Shown: positions 16,601-25,580 of the stretch, one piece after another
Position numbering within the stretch: the stretch's first letter is position 1
How the letters are laid out: every line of letters begins with the position of its first letter
Translations under genes and position numbers: made by a program
IMG/VR virus record: IMGVR_UViG_3300010389_000010
Location: 2,953-66,952 of that record
DNA: 64,000 nt
Direction: 5' to 3' (one strand)
Source of the DNA: a virus
The notes under the pieces: generated by a model
The model's database searches: none
What the model was told of the DNA's origin: nothing
The model's input: the letters and a program-made list of their open reading frames with translations, nothing else

Positions 16601-17205
16601 GCTGGCGCTCCAAGATCCAGTTTGATCTGGGCACGTTTATTGTTGATCTCCCGCTGCTTCCGCTGCCTCTCCTTCTCGAGTCGTTCGTGGCCACCGGCCT
16701 TCATCCACCGCAATATACCAATTGCATCGGCCTCGTTGTCGTTTGAAGGATGGATATTGTAGCTGTTGCAGACCAGTATGACCTGTTCTTTGAGCCAGTT
16801 CCTGGACTCACCCTTGCTCAATCCCTTCGGCTTGACCGCTCCCTTGATAAAGAATGATCGCCACGAGTTGACCACGACAGCGATGGGTTCAACCAGCTTC
16901 CGGCGATAGCACCACAGCTTTACGATCGCGATCCACCCCTCGGACAGGGCCAGAGATGCAGCGCTTCTGTCAGCGTTCGGTGTTGGTGCTTCAATGACGA
17001 TGCGAAGGCTGAAGTCCTTATCCAGATTGTGATCAATCAGGACATCCTCAATGCCGGCAATGAACCGAGCGTAGTATTCACCGTGAATGCCACTGTCTCC
17101 AAAGTTCCAGGATCCGAAGGTCACCTTTTTCGTGTCAGGATTCCATAAAGCCCAAGCACCACGCTTGGATGGATCTATTGCCAGGATTGGAATGTCATCA
17201 AACAT
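16597..17205 (-). CDS. RuvC-like Holliday junction resolvase
   Basis: ILAIDPS, VIEAP, DNEADAIGIL acidic catalytic pattern. Confidence 0.75.
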   Translation of the reverse strand: MFDDIPILAIDPSKRGAWALWNPDTKKVTFGSWNFGDSGIHGEYYARFIAGIEDVLIDHNLDKDFSLRIVIEAPTPNADRSAASLALSEGWIAIVKLWCYRRKLVEPIAVVVNSWRSFFIKGAVKPKGLSKGESRNWLKEQVILVCNSYNIHPSNDNEADAIGILRWMKAGGHERLEKERQRKQREINNKRAQIKLDLGAPA

Positions 17206-17788
17206 CGATCTCGCTCCGCATGTAGTCAACAATCGGCAGCCGAGGGCGCTTGCTCCAGTTGAAGCCAGTCGGCCCCCACACATGCCAGATATAGTTGGTT
17301 GTTCCGCCGTTCTTGGTCCCGGGAATCCATATTAACCGGTCCATGATCTTGATTTGCCCACGGTATGACGGGCACTCGTAGAAGAGGCTCTTCCTGGTGC
17401 TGCCCATGTCATAGTCAGACGGCAACAGCAGTGCGATCACCCCATTGACCGGGCGCATGGGCAGAAGCCTCTCGATAACCGGTCCAATCAGCACGTTTAG
17501 CTTGCCATATGGTGGGTTTGAAATGATGTGGTCAAAATGCGGTGGTTCTTGCACGTCGAAGAAATCAACCGTCTTGTCGAGTGGGTACCCATAGTTCCTG
17601 ACGTCATAGGCAATGACCTTGTTGCCTGCTCTGGCCAGTGGGCGACAGATGTTGCCACCACCAGCAAACGGCTCCCAGAATGTGCCTCGAATGCCAAGCC
17701 GACGGACCAGCAATTCAGCGTGGTTTTCCGGTGTCTGGTATTCGTCCGCCATCTTCTGCGGTGCTCTGATCTTGCCGTGTTTGCTCAT
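17198..17788 (-). CDS. Small amino-type (N6A/N4C) DNA methyltransferase
   Basis: DEYQTP, FWEPFAGGGNI (motif I), ISNPPYG (motif IV). Confidence 0.8.
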   Translation of the reverse strand: MSKHGKIRAPQKMADEYQTPENHAELLVRRLGIRGTFWEPFAGGGNICRPLARAGNKVIAYDVRNYGYPLDKTVDFFDVQEPPHFDHIISNPPYGKLNVLIGPVIERLLPMRPVNGVIALLLPSDYDMGSTRKSLFYECPSYRGQIKIMDRLIWIPGTKNGGTTNYIWHVWGPTGFNWSKRPRLPIVDYMRSEIDV

Positions 17789-17810
17789 GAATTCATTCTC
17801 TTGGGAGGGA

Positions 17811-17836
17811 AAAGGCCCGGGCACTGAAGCCCGGGC
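17811..17836 (-). terminator. Putative intrinsic terminator
   Basis: Minus strand GCCCGGGC-TTCAGT-GCCCGGGC followed by CTTTT. Confidence 0.5.
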
Positions 17837-17856
17837 AAGTTACGGCAGGACAATCA

Positions 17857-18441
17857 TCAGGCTTGATAATCATCCTCACCCGAGGTCGTATCATCCTCGG
17901 ATGTCTCTTCGTCGCCAGCTTCCGGATCCTTGCCAGCTTCCTCTTCAGGTGCTTCAGGTTCCTTTTGCTCTTCAGCTTCATTCATTTTGTTGGCCAGTTC
18001 CTTGTTGATGAAAGCTGTCCCTTCATTGAAGCCGCGTTGCCATGCCTGACCATCTGCTGACCCGAGATCGTATGGGTTCTTGGCACTGGAGCGCATGGCA
18101 CCAGCGGTAAAGCCCTTGTCGTAGGCGATCTCATCCGACGGAGCGCGGTCACCACGGAACATATCGAACTGTCGGCCGAGTTCATGGCCGGTCGCGCGCG
18201 CCACCCACAATTTCATCTCCAGATCTGCAATGATCTCGGCTGCATCCCCATTGCGGAGACGTTCCGCGAATGCGAATGCACCATTCGGGATCTGAAATGT
18301 TGAAGCGCGTTTGTAGATGTCCTTGATATTGGTGTCCGCCGTGGCACGGTCGCTCATCTGCCCACGGTATTCGGTTAGCAGTTTGTAGAACTGCTGGTTT
18401 CTGAGTTGCTCATCTTCTGTGAGCTGGTTGTGTCCCAACAT
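17857..18441 (-). CDS. Protein with GapR/DUF2312-like N-terminal part, RMF-like YxxG..NPY..W..G motif and acidic tail
   Basis: TNIKDIYKRA; AYDKGFTAG...NPY...AWQRGFNEG. Confidence 0.55.
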   Translation of the reverse strand: MLGHNQLTEDEQLRNQQFYKLLTEYRGQMSDRATADTNIKDIYKRASTFQIPNGAFAFAERLRNGDAAEIIADLEMKLWVARATGHELGRQFDMFRGDRAPSDEIAYDKGFTAGAMRSSAKNPYDLGSADGQAWQRGFNEGTAFINKELANKMNEAEEQKEPEAPEEEAGKDPEAGDEETSEDDTTSGEDDYQA

Positions 18442-18452
18442 AGGTTTTCCTT

Positions 18453-19025
18453 TCAGGGGGTTGTAGTCCGACGCTTTCTTGCCTCGGGCTTTAGGGTGTT
18501 GAACTCGCGGTGATATGCACACAGGGTGCTCTTCGGATGACATGGTGATCCGCACACACTCATGTCATCGACCTTGATATTTGGATCATCTCCCCACAGT
18601 GGTTGGGAGCAATACTTGCCGCTTTGGTGTTCCATGAAATCAAGATATGGCATTGATGTTCTTGGAGCCTCGAGCTCCGTAACAACCTTGCGCCTCTGCA
18701 GTCCTGGATCGTGCTCCCTGCTGGCTTTCTTACGGACGATGTTGCCGGCATGCAGACGTTGCTTCTTCTCTTTGGGCTTTGCTTTTGGCTGCGGACCTGG
18801 CTTCGGTGGCACCACCGGATTGCTGGAAAGCATTTTTCTTACAGCTGCCGACCCACCCATACGGTGCATCCACCCAATGACTGCGTTTCTGGAAGCAACC
18901 TTGATTTTGTTGGTGTGCAGCTTGTTGCAAATCACCGACGCCGGATCTCCCGGGTGGCAGAAATCGACGAGAGCCTGAAGACGCTCTTGATTCCCCATAC
19001 TCTTCCAGTCACGCCACACAGTCAT
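18453..19025 (-). CDS. gcrA: GcrA cell-cycle regulator-like protein
   Basis: SRNAVIGWMHRMG and C-terminal C-x-x-PLWG...CG...LCAYH. Confidence 0.8.
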   Translation of the reverse strand: MTVWRDWKSMGNQERLQALVDFCHPGDPASVICNKLHTNKIKVASRNAVIGWMHRMGGSAAVRKMLSSNPVVPPKPGPQPKAKPKEKKQRLHAGNIVRKKASREHDPGLQRRKVVTELEAPRTSMPYLDFMEHQSGKYCSQPLWGDDPNIKVDDMSVCGSPCHPKSTLCAYHREFNTLKPEARKRRTTTP

Positions 19026-19399
19026 AGGCCTTGCTCCAGTATCATTGTTGCTATGGAGCAGGCGGACTCAGAGATGAACCGATCGACGGATTTCCTATCG
19101 ATCTCGGCCGCAGTCGTTACCTGGGCCCACTCTTCAGCGGTGAAAAGGTCACGGAATTTGGTTTCATGATTGCGATCTGGAACGCGCTTGAGGATTTCAA
19201 TCGCCCTTGCCTTGCCTGGTAACTTCCGGATCACCCCACGGTTGGTCAAAGCCGAAATTATTCTATAAACGCCGCTCTTTGATCTCAAACCCAAAGCTTC
19301 GGCGATTTCGTCATACGATGGCGCCACCCCATATGAAGAGGCGACGTAATTCTGGATGAATAACGCGCAATCGTATTGTGCTTTTGTGAGCCCCATCAT
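19022..19399 (-). CDS. LexA-type DNA-binding-domain protein without peptidase domain
   Basis: LTKAQ...APSYDEIAEALGLRSKSGVYRIISAL..RG.IRKLPGKARAIEI. Confidence 0.85.
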   Translation of the reverse strand: MMGLTKAQYDCALFIQNYVASSYGVAPSYDEIAEALGLRSKSGVYRIISALTNRGVIRKLPGKARAIEILKRVPDRNHETKFRDLFTAEEWAQVTTAAEIDRKSVDRFISESACSIATMILEQGL

Positions 19400-19468
19400 T
19401 TTGAAGCTCCGGTACGGTTGGAGATACCCGCTTTGCGGTACGCAATCTCAATACGCTGGCACGCCAGT

Positions 19469-19810
19469 TTAATGGCGGACCTGATCAACCGACCGAGTGA
19501 TTTTATGAGCCGCATCGTGCCCCCTCAGTCGTGCTAGTAATTTATCGTTGTCGGAAATCCGCTTGACCTGCTCTGCGTTCAAGTCCTCGAGTGCAGTGCA
19601 TAAGCGGTGGTAAAGATGGAGATGGACAGTGGCTGGCTCTCCGTGGAAAACCTTCTTCAAGAAACTGCCAAGCTTGTACTTCCTGGAGATCCTATGGATG
19701 GCAGTGCCTTTGGTTCTGTGAACAATCTGACCGAGGGCTACAACCTCAACCGCTATGTTGTGAGAAGCGGCGTATGCGCCTGCTGTGGTCTTGAGATCTA
19801 AGATTTTCAC
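19469..19810 (-). CDS. Hypothetical protein
   Basis: Operon position; GGGAG RBS upstream of the GTG start. Confidence 0.65.
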   Translation of the reverse strand: MKILDLKTTAGAYAASHNIAVEVVALGQIVHRTKGTAIHRISRKYKLGSFLKKVFHGEPATVHLHLYHRLCTALEDLNAEQVKRISDNDKLLARLRGHDAAHKITRSVDQVRH

Positions 19811-19849
19811 AATCGACTCCCTTTCGTTTCCCTGATTCGGGAAGGAATT

Positions 19850-20146
19850 TCACACACCAGCGCTTTCATCCTTGGTACCCTCGCGGCCAAGGTCAGCTAT
19901 GTTGATCTCGAAGAAGTCTCCATATCCAAGCTCAAACGCTCTGCCGTCTGGCAGTTTGGATGCTTCCTCAATGATCTTCTTGAACCGGCGCTGCGGGATC
20001 AGGTCTCTATCGAGCCACCCCTGGACAACCGAAGGGATAATCCCAAGGACACGCGCCATTTCTGCCTGGCCGCCGAATTTGCGAACGATCCTCTTGGTAG
20101 GGGTTTCAACAATCGTTTCTGATTGCTCGTGAATAGTATTTTGCAC
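19850..20146 (-). CDS. Cro-like repressor
   Basis: IVRKFGGQAEMARVLGIIPSVVQGW; GTG at 20146 with AAGGAG RBS; divergent from cI. Confidence 0.8.
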   Translation of the reverse strand: MQNTIHEQSETIVETPTKRIVRKFGGQAEMARVLGIIPSVVQGWLDRDLIPQRRFKKIIEEASKLPDGRAFELGYGDFFEINIADLGREGTKDESAGV

Positions 20147-20171
20147 GGTGTTCTCCTTCGTTGAGGACAAG

Positions 20172-20200
20172 TCATACGCATAAAACGTATTTTGTGTCAA
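20172..20200 (-). promoter_or_regulatory. Leftward early promoter (PL-like)
   Basis: TTGACA (20200-20195), 17-nt spacer, GTATGA (20177-20172). Confidence 0.65.
20174..20190. promoter_or_regulatory. Operator OL1, ATACG-N7-CGTAT
   Basis: ATACGCATAAAACGTAT, perfect 5-bp inverted repeat inside the PL spacer. Confidence 0.75.
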
Positions 20201-20214
20201 CGTGGAAAACGTAA
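20198..20214. promoter_or_regulatory. Operator OL2 (degenerate)
   Basis: CAACG-TGGAAAA-CGTAA, 24 bp from OL1. Confidence 0.45.
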
Positions 20215-20237
20215 CAAAAAGAAATGATACTCAAAAA

Positions 20238-20960
20238 ATGGTCGCAGAAGCAGCATTGATAGCCGATAAATTCCGGGCACTTAGAAAGCGTGCAGGAATG
20301 ACTCTATCTGGACTTGCGAAAGCCATGGGATACCGAAACGGATCCAGCATTCAGAGGTATGAGGATCCTGATTTGTATAAGAAGAAATACTTGAGTTTCG
20401 AAATATGCGAAAGACTTGCAGGTGCCATAGTGGGGCTCGGTCATCCTGCAATAACCAAAGATGAAGTGTTCGAATTGGCGGGTATCACCCACGAGCCAAC
20501 AGAGAACGCTATAATCATTGGAAGTGTGGGACGCTCTAAAGAGTTGATGCCAGTGTTTGGAAAGGCACAAGGTGGACCTGATGGAGCGATAGTATTGGAT
20601 GGCAATCCAATCGATCAAGTGAGTAGACCAATGAATCTTCTAGGAATTGTAGATGCGTACGGGGTTCTGGTAAGTGGTGATTCAATGCATCCAAGGTACA
20701 GAGATGGCCTTGACATGCTGCACGTTGATCCTCGGATGAGGCCGCGAAAGGGTGACTTCGTCGTCGTCCAAATTTCACAGGGTGAGAATGAGATGCCCAT
20801 TGCGATGGTTAAAGAGTATGTCAGGCAAACCGCCGACGGACTCTTGCTTCGACAGCTCAATCCTGAAGGGGAATTAAAACCTATTCCAAACGACACAATC
20901 ATTGCGGTACACGTTGTGGTTGGGTCTTCGAATTATGACGGGGCACCCACCTTCAGGTGA
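20238..20960 (+). CDS. cI: CI-like repressor (XRE HTH plus S24 peptidase)
   Basis: FRALRKRAGMTLSGLAKAMG; VSGDSMHP (Ser) and MVKEY (Lys) autocleavage dyad. Confidence 0.92.
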   Translation: MVAEAALIADKFRALRKRAGMTLSGLAKAMGYRNGSSIQRYEDPDLYKKKYLSFEICERLAGAIVGLGHPAITKDEVFELAGITHEPTENAIIIGSVGRSKELMPVFGKAQGGPDGAIVLDGNPIDQVSRPMNLLGIVDAYGVLVSGDSMHPRYRDGLDMLHVDPRMRPRKGDFVVVQISQGENEMPIAMVKEYVRQTADGLLLRQLNPEGELKPIPNDTIIAVHVVVGSSNYDGAPTFR

Positions 20961-21519
20961 CTTTTCGCCTCGCGGTTTTGCATTTTTACCACCTGATAAT
21001 AGGTGCAAAACACTAGGCTTGAATGGAATCTGTATGTAATTCCTGAAATGTTTTCCAAACAAGGTGAGGGTTCAACAGAACGCAGTAATCCCTACCACCC
21101 TGGAGTTACCAGGATGATGGGGTACTGCGATTCCAAACACGGAGCCGGGCCCTGGAATACGCATCCACGCAGACACCATATGACGGGTCTTTACCTTCGC
21201 GCTTCATGCTGTGATTTCTATCGGCTTAGGATCGCCTCAATGAGCCGGGTTCACAGTCCCGTTTCCGTTGCTCATGTCCCTCTGGTTTTCTTCTGACCAG
21301 CCAGCTTGCCAACCCGGATCTCCGGAGTACATCTTGCGATCGATCCACCTTGGCACCCTACCAAGCCTGCAATCCAGAACTACCAGATTACCGCCGGGCG
21401 ATTCGTTTCCGAAGTCGCATTCGCAAGACGTCTGGTATTGATCGCGGAGGGCATTTGGTGTAGGAAGACAGCGTCGACACTACATCTGGTCCTTCCGCCA
21501 AGAAACACCAGATTATTCA

Positions 21520-21558
21520 GGCCTCGCACCACGTCCCGGGTGCGGGGCCATTTCTTTT
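21520..21558 (+). terminator. Putative intrinsic terminator upstream of PR
   Basis: GGCCTCGCACC...GGTGCGGGGCC stem followed by ATTTCTTTT. Confidence 0.6.
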
Positions 21559-21586
21559 CATACACCCAAAATGTTTTTCACGTCAA
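21558..21586 (-). promoter_or_regulatory. Second leftward promoter, divergent from PR and convergent on cI
   Basis: TTGACG (21586-21581), 17-nt spacer, GTATGA (21563-21558); same -10 hexamer and spacing as PL. Confidence 0.5.
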
Positions 21587-21592
21587 ACACTT

Positions 21593-21609
21593 ATACGTTT
21601 TTTGCGTTT
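21593..21609. promoter_or_regulatory. Operator OR2
   Basis: ATACG-TTTTTTG-CGTTT. Confidence 0.65.
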
Positions 21610-21614
21610 TCTTA

Positions 21615-21642
21615 TTGACAATACGTTTTTTGCGTATAGGTT
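21615..21642 (+). promoter_or_regulatory. Rightward early promoter (PR-like) with operator OR1 (21621-21637) in the spacer
   Basis: TTGACA-N16-TAGGTT; ATACG-TTTTTTG-CGTAT. Confidence 0.7.
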
Positions 21643-21747
21643 CCAGCCACTGAAGCGATGCGGTTATTCGTTTCGAAACTTAGTGGTGGTGAGCGTAATT
21701 TTTGCCTGGTTCCAGGTGTCACCGCCAGATTTGCGAGGACACAAACA

Positions 21748-22242
21748 ATGGAACAATCACTAGGGACCATCCTTGATCGCGCAACACAAGCGGAAGCCAG
21801 GGATGAGATGAGGCAGAGCCTCAACGACGCTCACGAGATGGAAATCTCTCTTGCCGAACAGGTTATGGCCAATGGGCCACTCGCCACAGTCGAAAGACTA
21901 CGGGACTTCAATCATAAACTGATCAAGACAGCTGAAAGCAAGCTCCAACGAGCTGAAGCTGCCGCCAGGGTCAACTTAGACAACCTTTATGACCAGAAGG
22001 AATCATTCCTGGTGATGATGGAAGCTGAGATGTCTCAGATCCGCGAGACAGCGGATAAACGGATCGACGAGATCCGCGCAAGCCTCAATTCACACATGCT
22101 GGATCTCGATGCCAAGGCAAAGCAGGTCGAAAATGACCTGAAGAACGACCGGAAGGCACTGCAGAGGCAGATAGCAGCCAGCCGCTCCTACCTTGAGGCC
22201 ATCGCTGAAGACGTATCTCTAAAGGAGTCGTCGAATGGCTAA
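21748..22242 (+). CDS. Coiled-coil hypothetical protein, first gene after PR
   Basis: GAGGA RBS; heptad-rich helical sequence. Confidence 0.75.
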   Translation: MEQSLGTILDRATQAEARDEMRQSLNDAHEMEISLAEQVMANGPLATVERLRDFNHKLIKTAESKLQRAEAAARVNLDNLYDQKESFLVMMEAEMSQIRETADKRIDEIRASLNSHMLDLDAKAKQVENDLKNDRKALQRQIAASRSYLEAIAEDVSLKESSNG

Positions 22243-23401
22243 TGTTGAGAAAGACCCGACGCTAATTCACGCGCCGGGAATTTACCTTGGCATGGGCGAG
22301 GAAGAGTACCATGCCGACATGGCTCTTGGATCCACAGATCTGAAGCTATTGGCCAAGCGCCCATGGGTTTGGCAACGCGGCCGCATGAGGCCATCTACAC
22401 GCAAGGTTACGGAAGACATGAAATGGGGTACCGCCCTGCATGTTCGAGTCCTTGAGGGCAAAGAGGTCTTTGAGACCAGATACGAAACCAAACCGGTGCC
22501 CGAGGATTTCGGCAAGGTTGGTACGGAAGTCCTGGTCACTGTTGATCACCTTAAAGACTTCCTGAAAACACGCTCAGCTACAACCAGCAAGATGCGCAAG
22601 GGTGAATTGATCGACGCGGTCAAGACATACCTGGATCATCCGATCATCTTCGATGATGAGATGGAAAAATGGCTGGCCACCCCGAGGGTGAACCCAGACT
22701 TTGCCATTGATCCTGATAAAATGTTGGAGATTGAAGACTCAGTCTTCTTCCTGGAGAGCGACGAGATCCTTTCGGCCATCATGACTGCCGGTTCACTCAC
22801 CGGTGGAGCGGCAGAGGTCAGTGTTTTCTATGAGGACCGTGGCGTTCGCCGGAAATTCCGTCTGGACTATGCCATCCCGCCTATTGGCAGCCTCACCTGC
22901 GCCACCATCGCTGACTTGAAATCGTTTGCGCAATTCCGTGGGCCCAACAGTGAGGAAGCCGCGCTCCATACGCTCGTCATGATGGATTATGACATCCAAT
23001 GCATCGACTACCTGAATGGCTTTGAGCGTGGGCGCTTGCTCCAGCATGAGGGCAAGGTGTTCGGCAATGTGGACGGCAAGTGGGTCACCAACAAGGAAGC
23101 CCCTATCGAACCGTTCGAAGGATACACCGAGAAGCTGTTCCAGGCCGAGGAAATCCAGTGGCTTTGGATCATGGTCCACAAGGATGGTGGGTTCCAACCA
23201 GTCACGCTCGTATTCCGCAGGGACTACCCTGAGTACGCTTCAGACCAGCACTTCGGAGAGATTGAACAGCTGTGTTCTGACGGCATCGAGAACTATCTCG
23301 AATACATGCAGAAATACGGGCCGGATGTTCTTTGGCCTGCCCCTTCCAGGGTTCCGTTGCTGGTCACCGGAGCCGTTCTCCCAACTTACAGGAATAGATG
23401 A
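22235..23401 (+). CDS. RecE/exonuclease VIII-like PD-(D/E)XK nuclease
   Basis: EEYHAD..LGSTDLK, WGTALH, AEVSVF, RKFRLDY, IADLKS, YDIQ. Confidence 0.85.
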   Translation: MANVEKDPTLIHAPGIYLGMGEEEYHADMALGSTDLKLLAKRPWVWQRGRMRPSTRKVTEDMKWGTALHVRVLEGKEVFETRYETKPVPEDFGKVGTEVLVTVDHLKDFLKTRSATTSKMRKGELIDAVKTYLDHPIIFDDEMEKWLATPRVNPDFAIDPDKMLEIEDSVFFLESDEILSAIMTAGSLTGGAAEVSVFYEDRGVRRKFRLDYAIPPIGSLTCATIADLKSFAQFRGPNSEEAALHTLVMMDYDIQCIDYLNGFERGRLLQHEGKVFGNVDGKWVTNKEAPIEPFEGYTEKLFQAEEIQWLWIMVHKDGGFQPVTLVFRRDYPEYASDQHFGEIEQLCSDGIENYLEYMQKYGPDVLWPAPSRVPLLVTGAVLPTYRNR

Positions 23402-24552
23402 TCATGAACGACCAAGACAACGTAGAAATCCTGCCTCGTGAGGAAGCATCGTCGAGCAGCCTTGTTTCCAAACTCGAACGTGCCGGCATCGAAACCCAGA
23501 TCGCCACGGCCAAGCAATACCCACGCTCAATGGTGACTGTGAAGAAACGCATCACCGAGTTGGCCACACTGGATGATGAGTCCGCTAAGGATTCCATCTA
23601 CGCAATCAAGAGAGCAGGCAAGGTTATCAAAGGTCCATCAATCAGGTTCGCCGAGATCCTGAAACAGGCCTTTGGTAACTGCAGATCCGGTTCCCGGGTT
23701 GTCGAGACCAACAAGGAAGAAGGTTATGTCGAGGCCGAAGGCGTCTTTCATGACCTTGAGACCAACTCTGCCACAACCAAGCGGGTGCGCCGGAACATCC
23801 TGACGTCCAAAGGTGAGGTCTACAGTGCTGACATGATCAACACGACAGGCAATGCGGCATGCTCCATTGCCCTTCGTAATGCGGTGCTGGACTCGGTGCC
23901 TAAACCACTCTGGAGAGAGGCTTTCGAGATAGTCGAGGCCATTGTTGCCGGCAATGTCGAGACCCTTTCAGAGAGGCGCGACGCGATGGTCAAGTCCTTT
24001 GCCATCTGGGGCATCGGACCAGAGCAAATCACTGCCTACATGGGCAAAGAAACCATTGACGACCTGGTTGGTGAGGATCTGGTGATCCTGACTGGTGTTC
24101 ACTCGTCCATCAAGAACGGTGAAGAGACGGTCGAGTCCGTTTTCTATCAGGCGAACCGTGTTGCAGCCAAAAACAACCGCTCCAATCCGTTTGCTGGCGC
24201 CAAAGAGGAAGCCCCAAAGACAACCGAGAAAGTCAAGGTCGATACCGATAAGGCCGAAGAGAAAAAGCCAAAGGAAGAGATCTGGATGGAGACCGTTCAG
24301 GACTTCTCTGACCACCTTTGGAAGGCTGCTCGGACGAAGGAAGATCTCGCAGCTGAGATCGACCAGTTCAAGGCTGATCACATGGCAGGAAAGGTTGCTA
24401 ACAAGAATGTTGCTGGAGCAATCCATGATGTTGAGCAGATCCACCTGACCAGGGTGACCGCTGAAGATCCCGAAGGCGCTGATGAGTTGGCCAGAATTGA
24501 TCTTGCCAACATCGATCTCGAAAGCCCGGATGCATTCGATGTCGAGGGATGA
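23398..24552 (+). CDS. Putative single-strand annealing/recombination protein (QIATAKxYPR family)
   Basis: QIATAKQYPRS, GPSIRFAE, HDLETN; coupled to the RecE-like gene. Confidence 0.55.
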   Translation: MIMNDQDNVEILPREEASSSSLVSKLERAGIETQIATAKQYPRSMVTVKKRITELATLDDESAKDSIYAIKRAGKVIKGPSIRFAEILKQAFGNCRSGSRVVETNKEEGYVEAEGVFHDLETNSATTKRVRRNILTSKGEVYSADMINTTGNAACSIALRNAVLDSVPKPLWREAFEIVEAIVAGNVETLSERRDAMVKSFAIWGIGPEQITAYMGKETIDDLVGEDLVILTGVHSSIKNGEETVESVFYQANRVAAKNNRSNPFAGAKEEAPKTTEKVKVDTDKAEEKKPKEEIWMETVQDFSDHLWKAARTKEDLAAEIDQFKADHMAGKVANKNVAGAIHDVEQIHLTRVTAEDPEGADELARIDLANIDLESPDAFDVEG

Positions 24553-24889
24553 GGTCAAGCCAGGAAGCATTGTCACACCTAAGAACGGGCGGCGATTTCG
24601 CGATGGATTGCCGCAACTGACAGTGCTTCGCATCGCTCGTGAGCACGTTCATTTCAAGGAAGACGTGCCGTCCATCAGGATGAAATTTCTGATGGAGATA
24701 GCGACGGTGGTGGAGCCGCAAGATGCCCCACTACCACCAGCCATAAAGCGCAGACACGACATCTCCCCGAAGGAATTCCTGGCGATGGCGGCAACGGCAG
24801 CCAAGATCTACGGCGTCGGCATTGATTTGCGTGATCAGACAAACGCGGCCGCAGCAATGCGAGAGGAATTGGAGTGGGGTCATGAGTGA
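24539..24889 (+). CDS. Hypothetical protein
   Basis: Overlaps both neighbours; start uncertain. Confidence 0.65.
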   Translation: MSRDEVKPGSIVTPKNGRRFRDGLPQLTVLRIAREHVHFKEDVPSIRMKFLMEIATVVEPQDAPLPPAIKRRHDISPKEFLAMAATAAKIYGVGIDLRDQTNAAAAMREELEWGHE

Positions 24890-25580
24890 ATTTAACACCA
24901 TACGGGTGATTGATCTGGAGACAACCGGATTCCCCAACGAGGACGGTCGCATCTGTGAGGTTGGCTGGACCAACATCATTCAGAAAGACGGCACTCTGTC
25001 CATCGGAGACACCAGTTCAATCATCTGCAATCCCGGTGTTCCCATGCCCCCACAGGCATCAGCAGTGCACCATCTGCTTGACCAGGATGTGTCAGGCGGC
25101 ATTGAGCCTATCGAGGCGCTGAAGCAATGCCTGACCGGATGCGACTTGATTGTCGCCCATCAGGCTGATTTCGAGAAGGCCTTCATTGAGGTCGATCGCC
25201 CATGGATTTGCACCTACAAGGTTGCCCGTCGACTGTGGCCAGACTGCCCGTCATTTACCAACCAATACTTCAGGTACTTTTTGAACCTGAAGGTGGACCC
25301 AGAGGCCGCCATGCCACCACACAGGGCAGGTCCGGACTCCCATATCACCGCATACATCTTCACAGAGTGCGCCAAGAAACTTTCATTGCAAGAGATGGTG
25401 GACATCTCACTGGTCACCGCCCTGCAGTACCGTTGTCATTTCGGGAACAAGCACAGGGGCAAGACTTGGGAAGAGATCGCCTACATCGACAGGGAATATC
25501 TTCAGTGGATCGTCGACAAAGTCGAAGACAATGAAGAGGTCCGTTACGCAGCCAACTACTGGCTCAGGAGGGGCAGATAA
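24882..25580 (+). CDS. DEDDh 3'-5' exonuclease, exonuclease X-like
   Basis: VIDLETTG, VAHQADFE, WICTYKVARRLWP, HRAGPD, C-terminal FGNKHRGK. Confidence 0.9.
   Translation: MSEFNTIRVIDLETTGFPNEDGRICEVGWTNIIQKDGTLSIGDTSSIICNPGVPMPPQASAVHHLLDQDVSGGIEPIEALKQCLTGCDLIVAHQADFEKAFIEVDRPWICTYKVARRLWPDCPSFTNQYFRYFLNLKVDPEAAMPPHRAGPDSHITAYIFTECAKKLSLQEMVDISLVTALQYRCHFGNKHRGKTWEEIAYIDREYLQWIVDKVEDNEEVRYAANYWLRRGR

Noticed and set aside
21003-21653. ORFs 21003-21296, 21306-21653 and 21380-21565 as genes
   Set aside because: No clear RBS or motifs, and two run across the terminator, promoter and operator elements; the region is reported as unexplained instead
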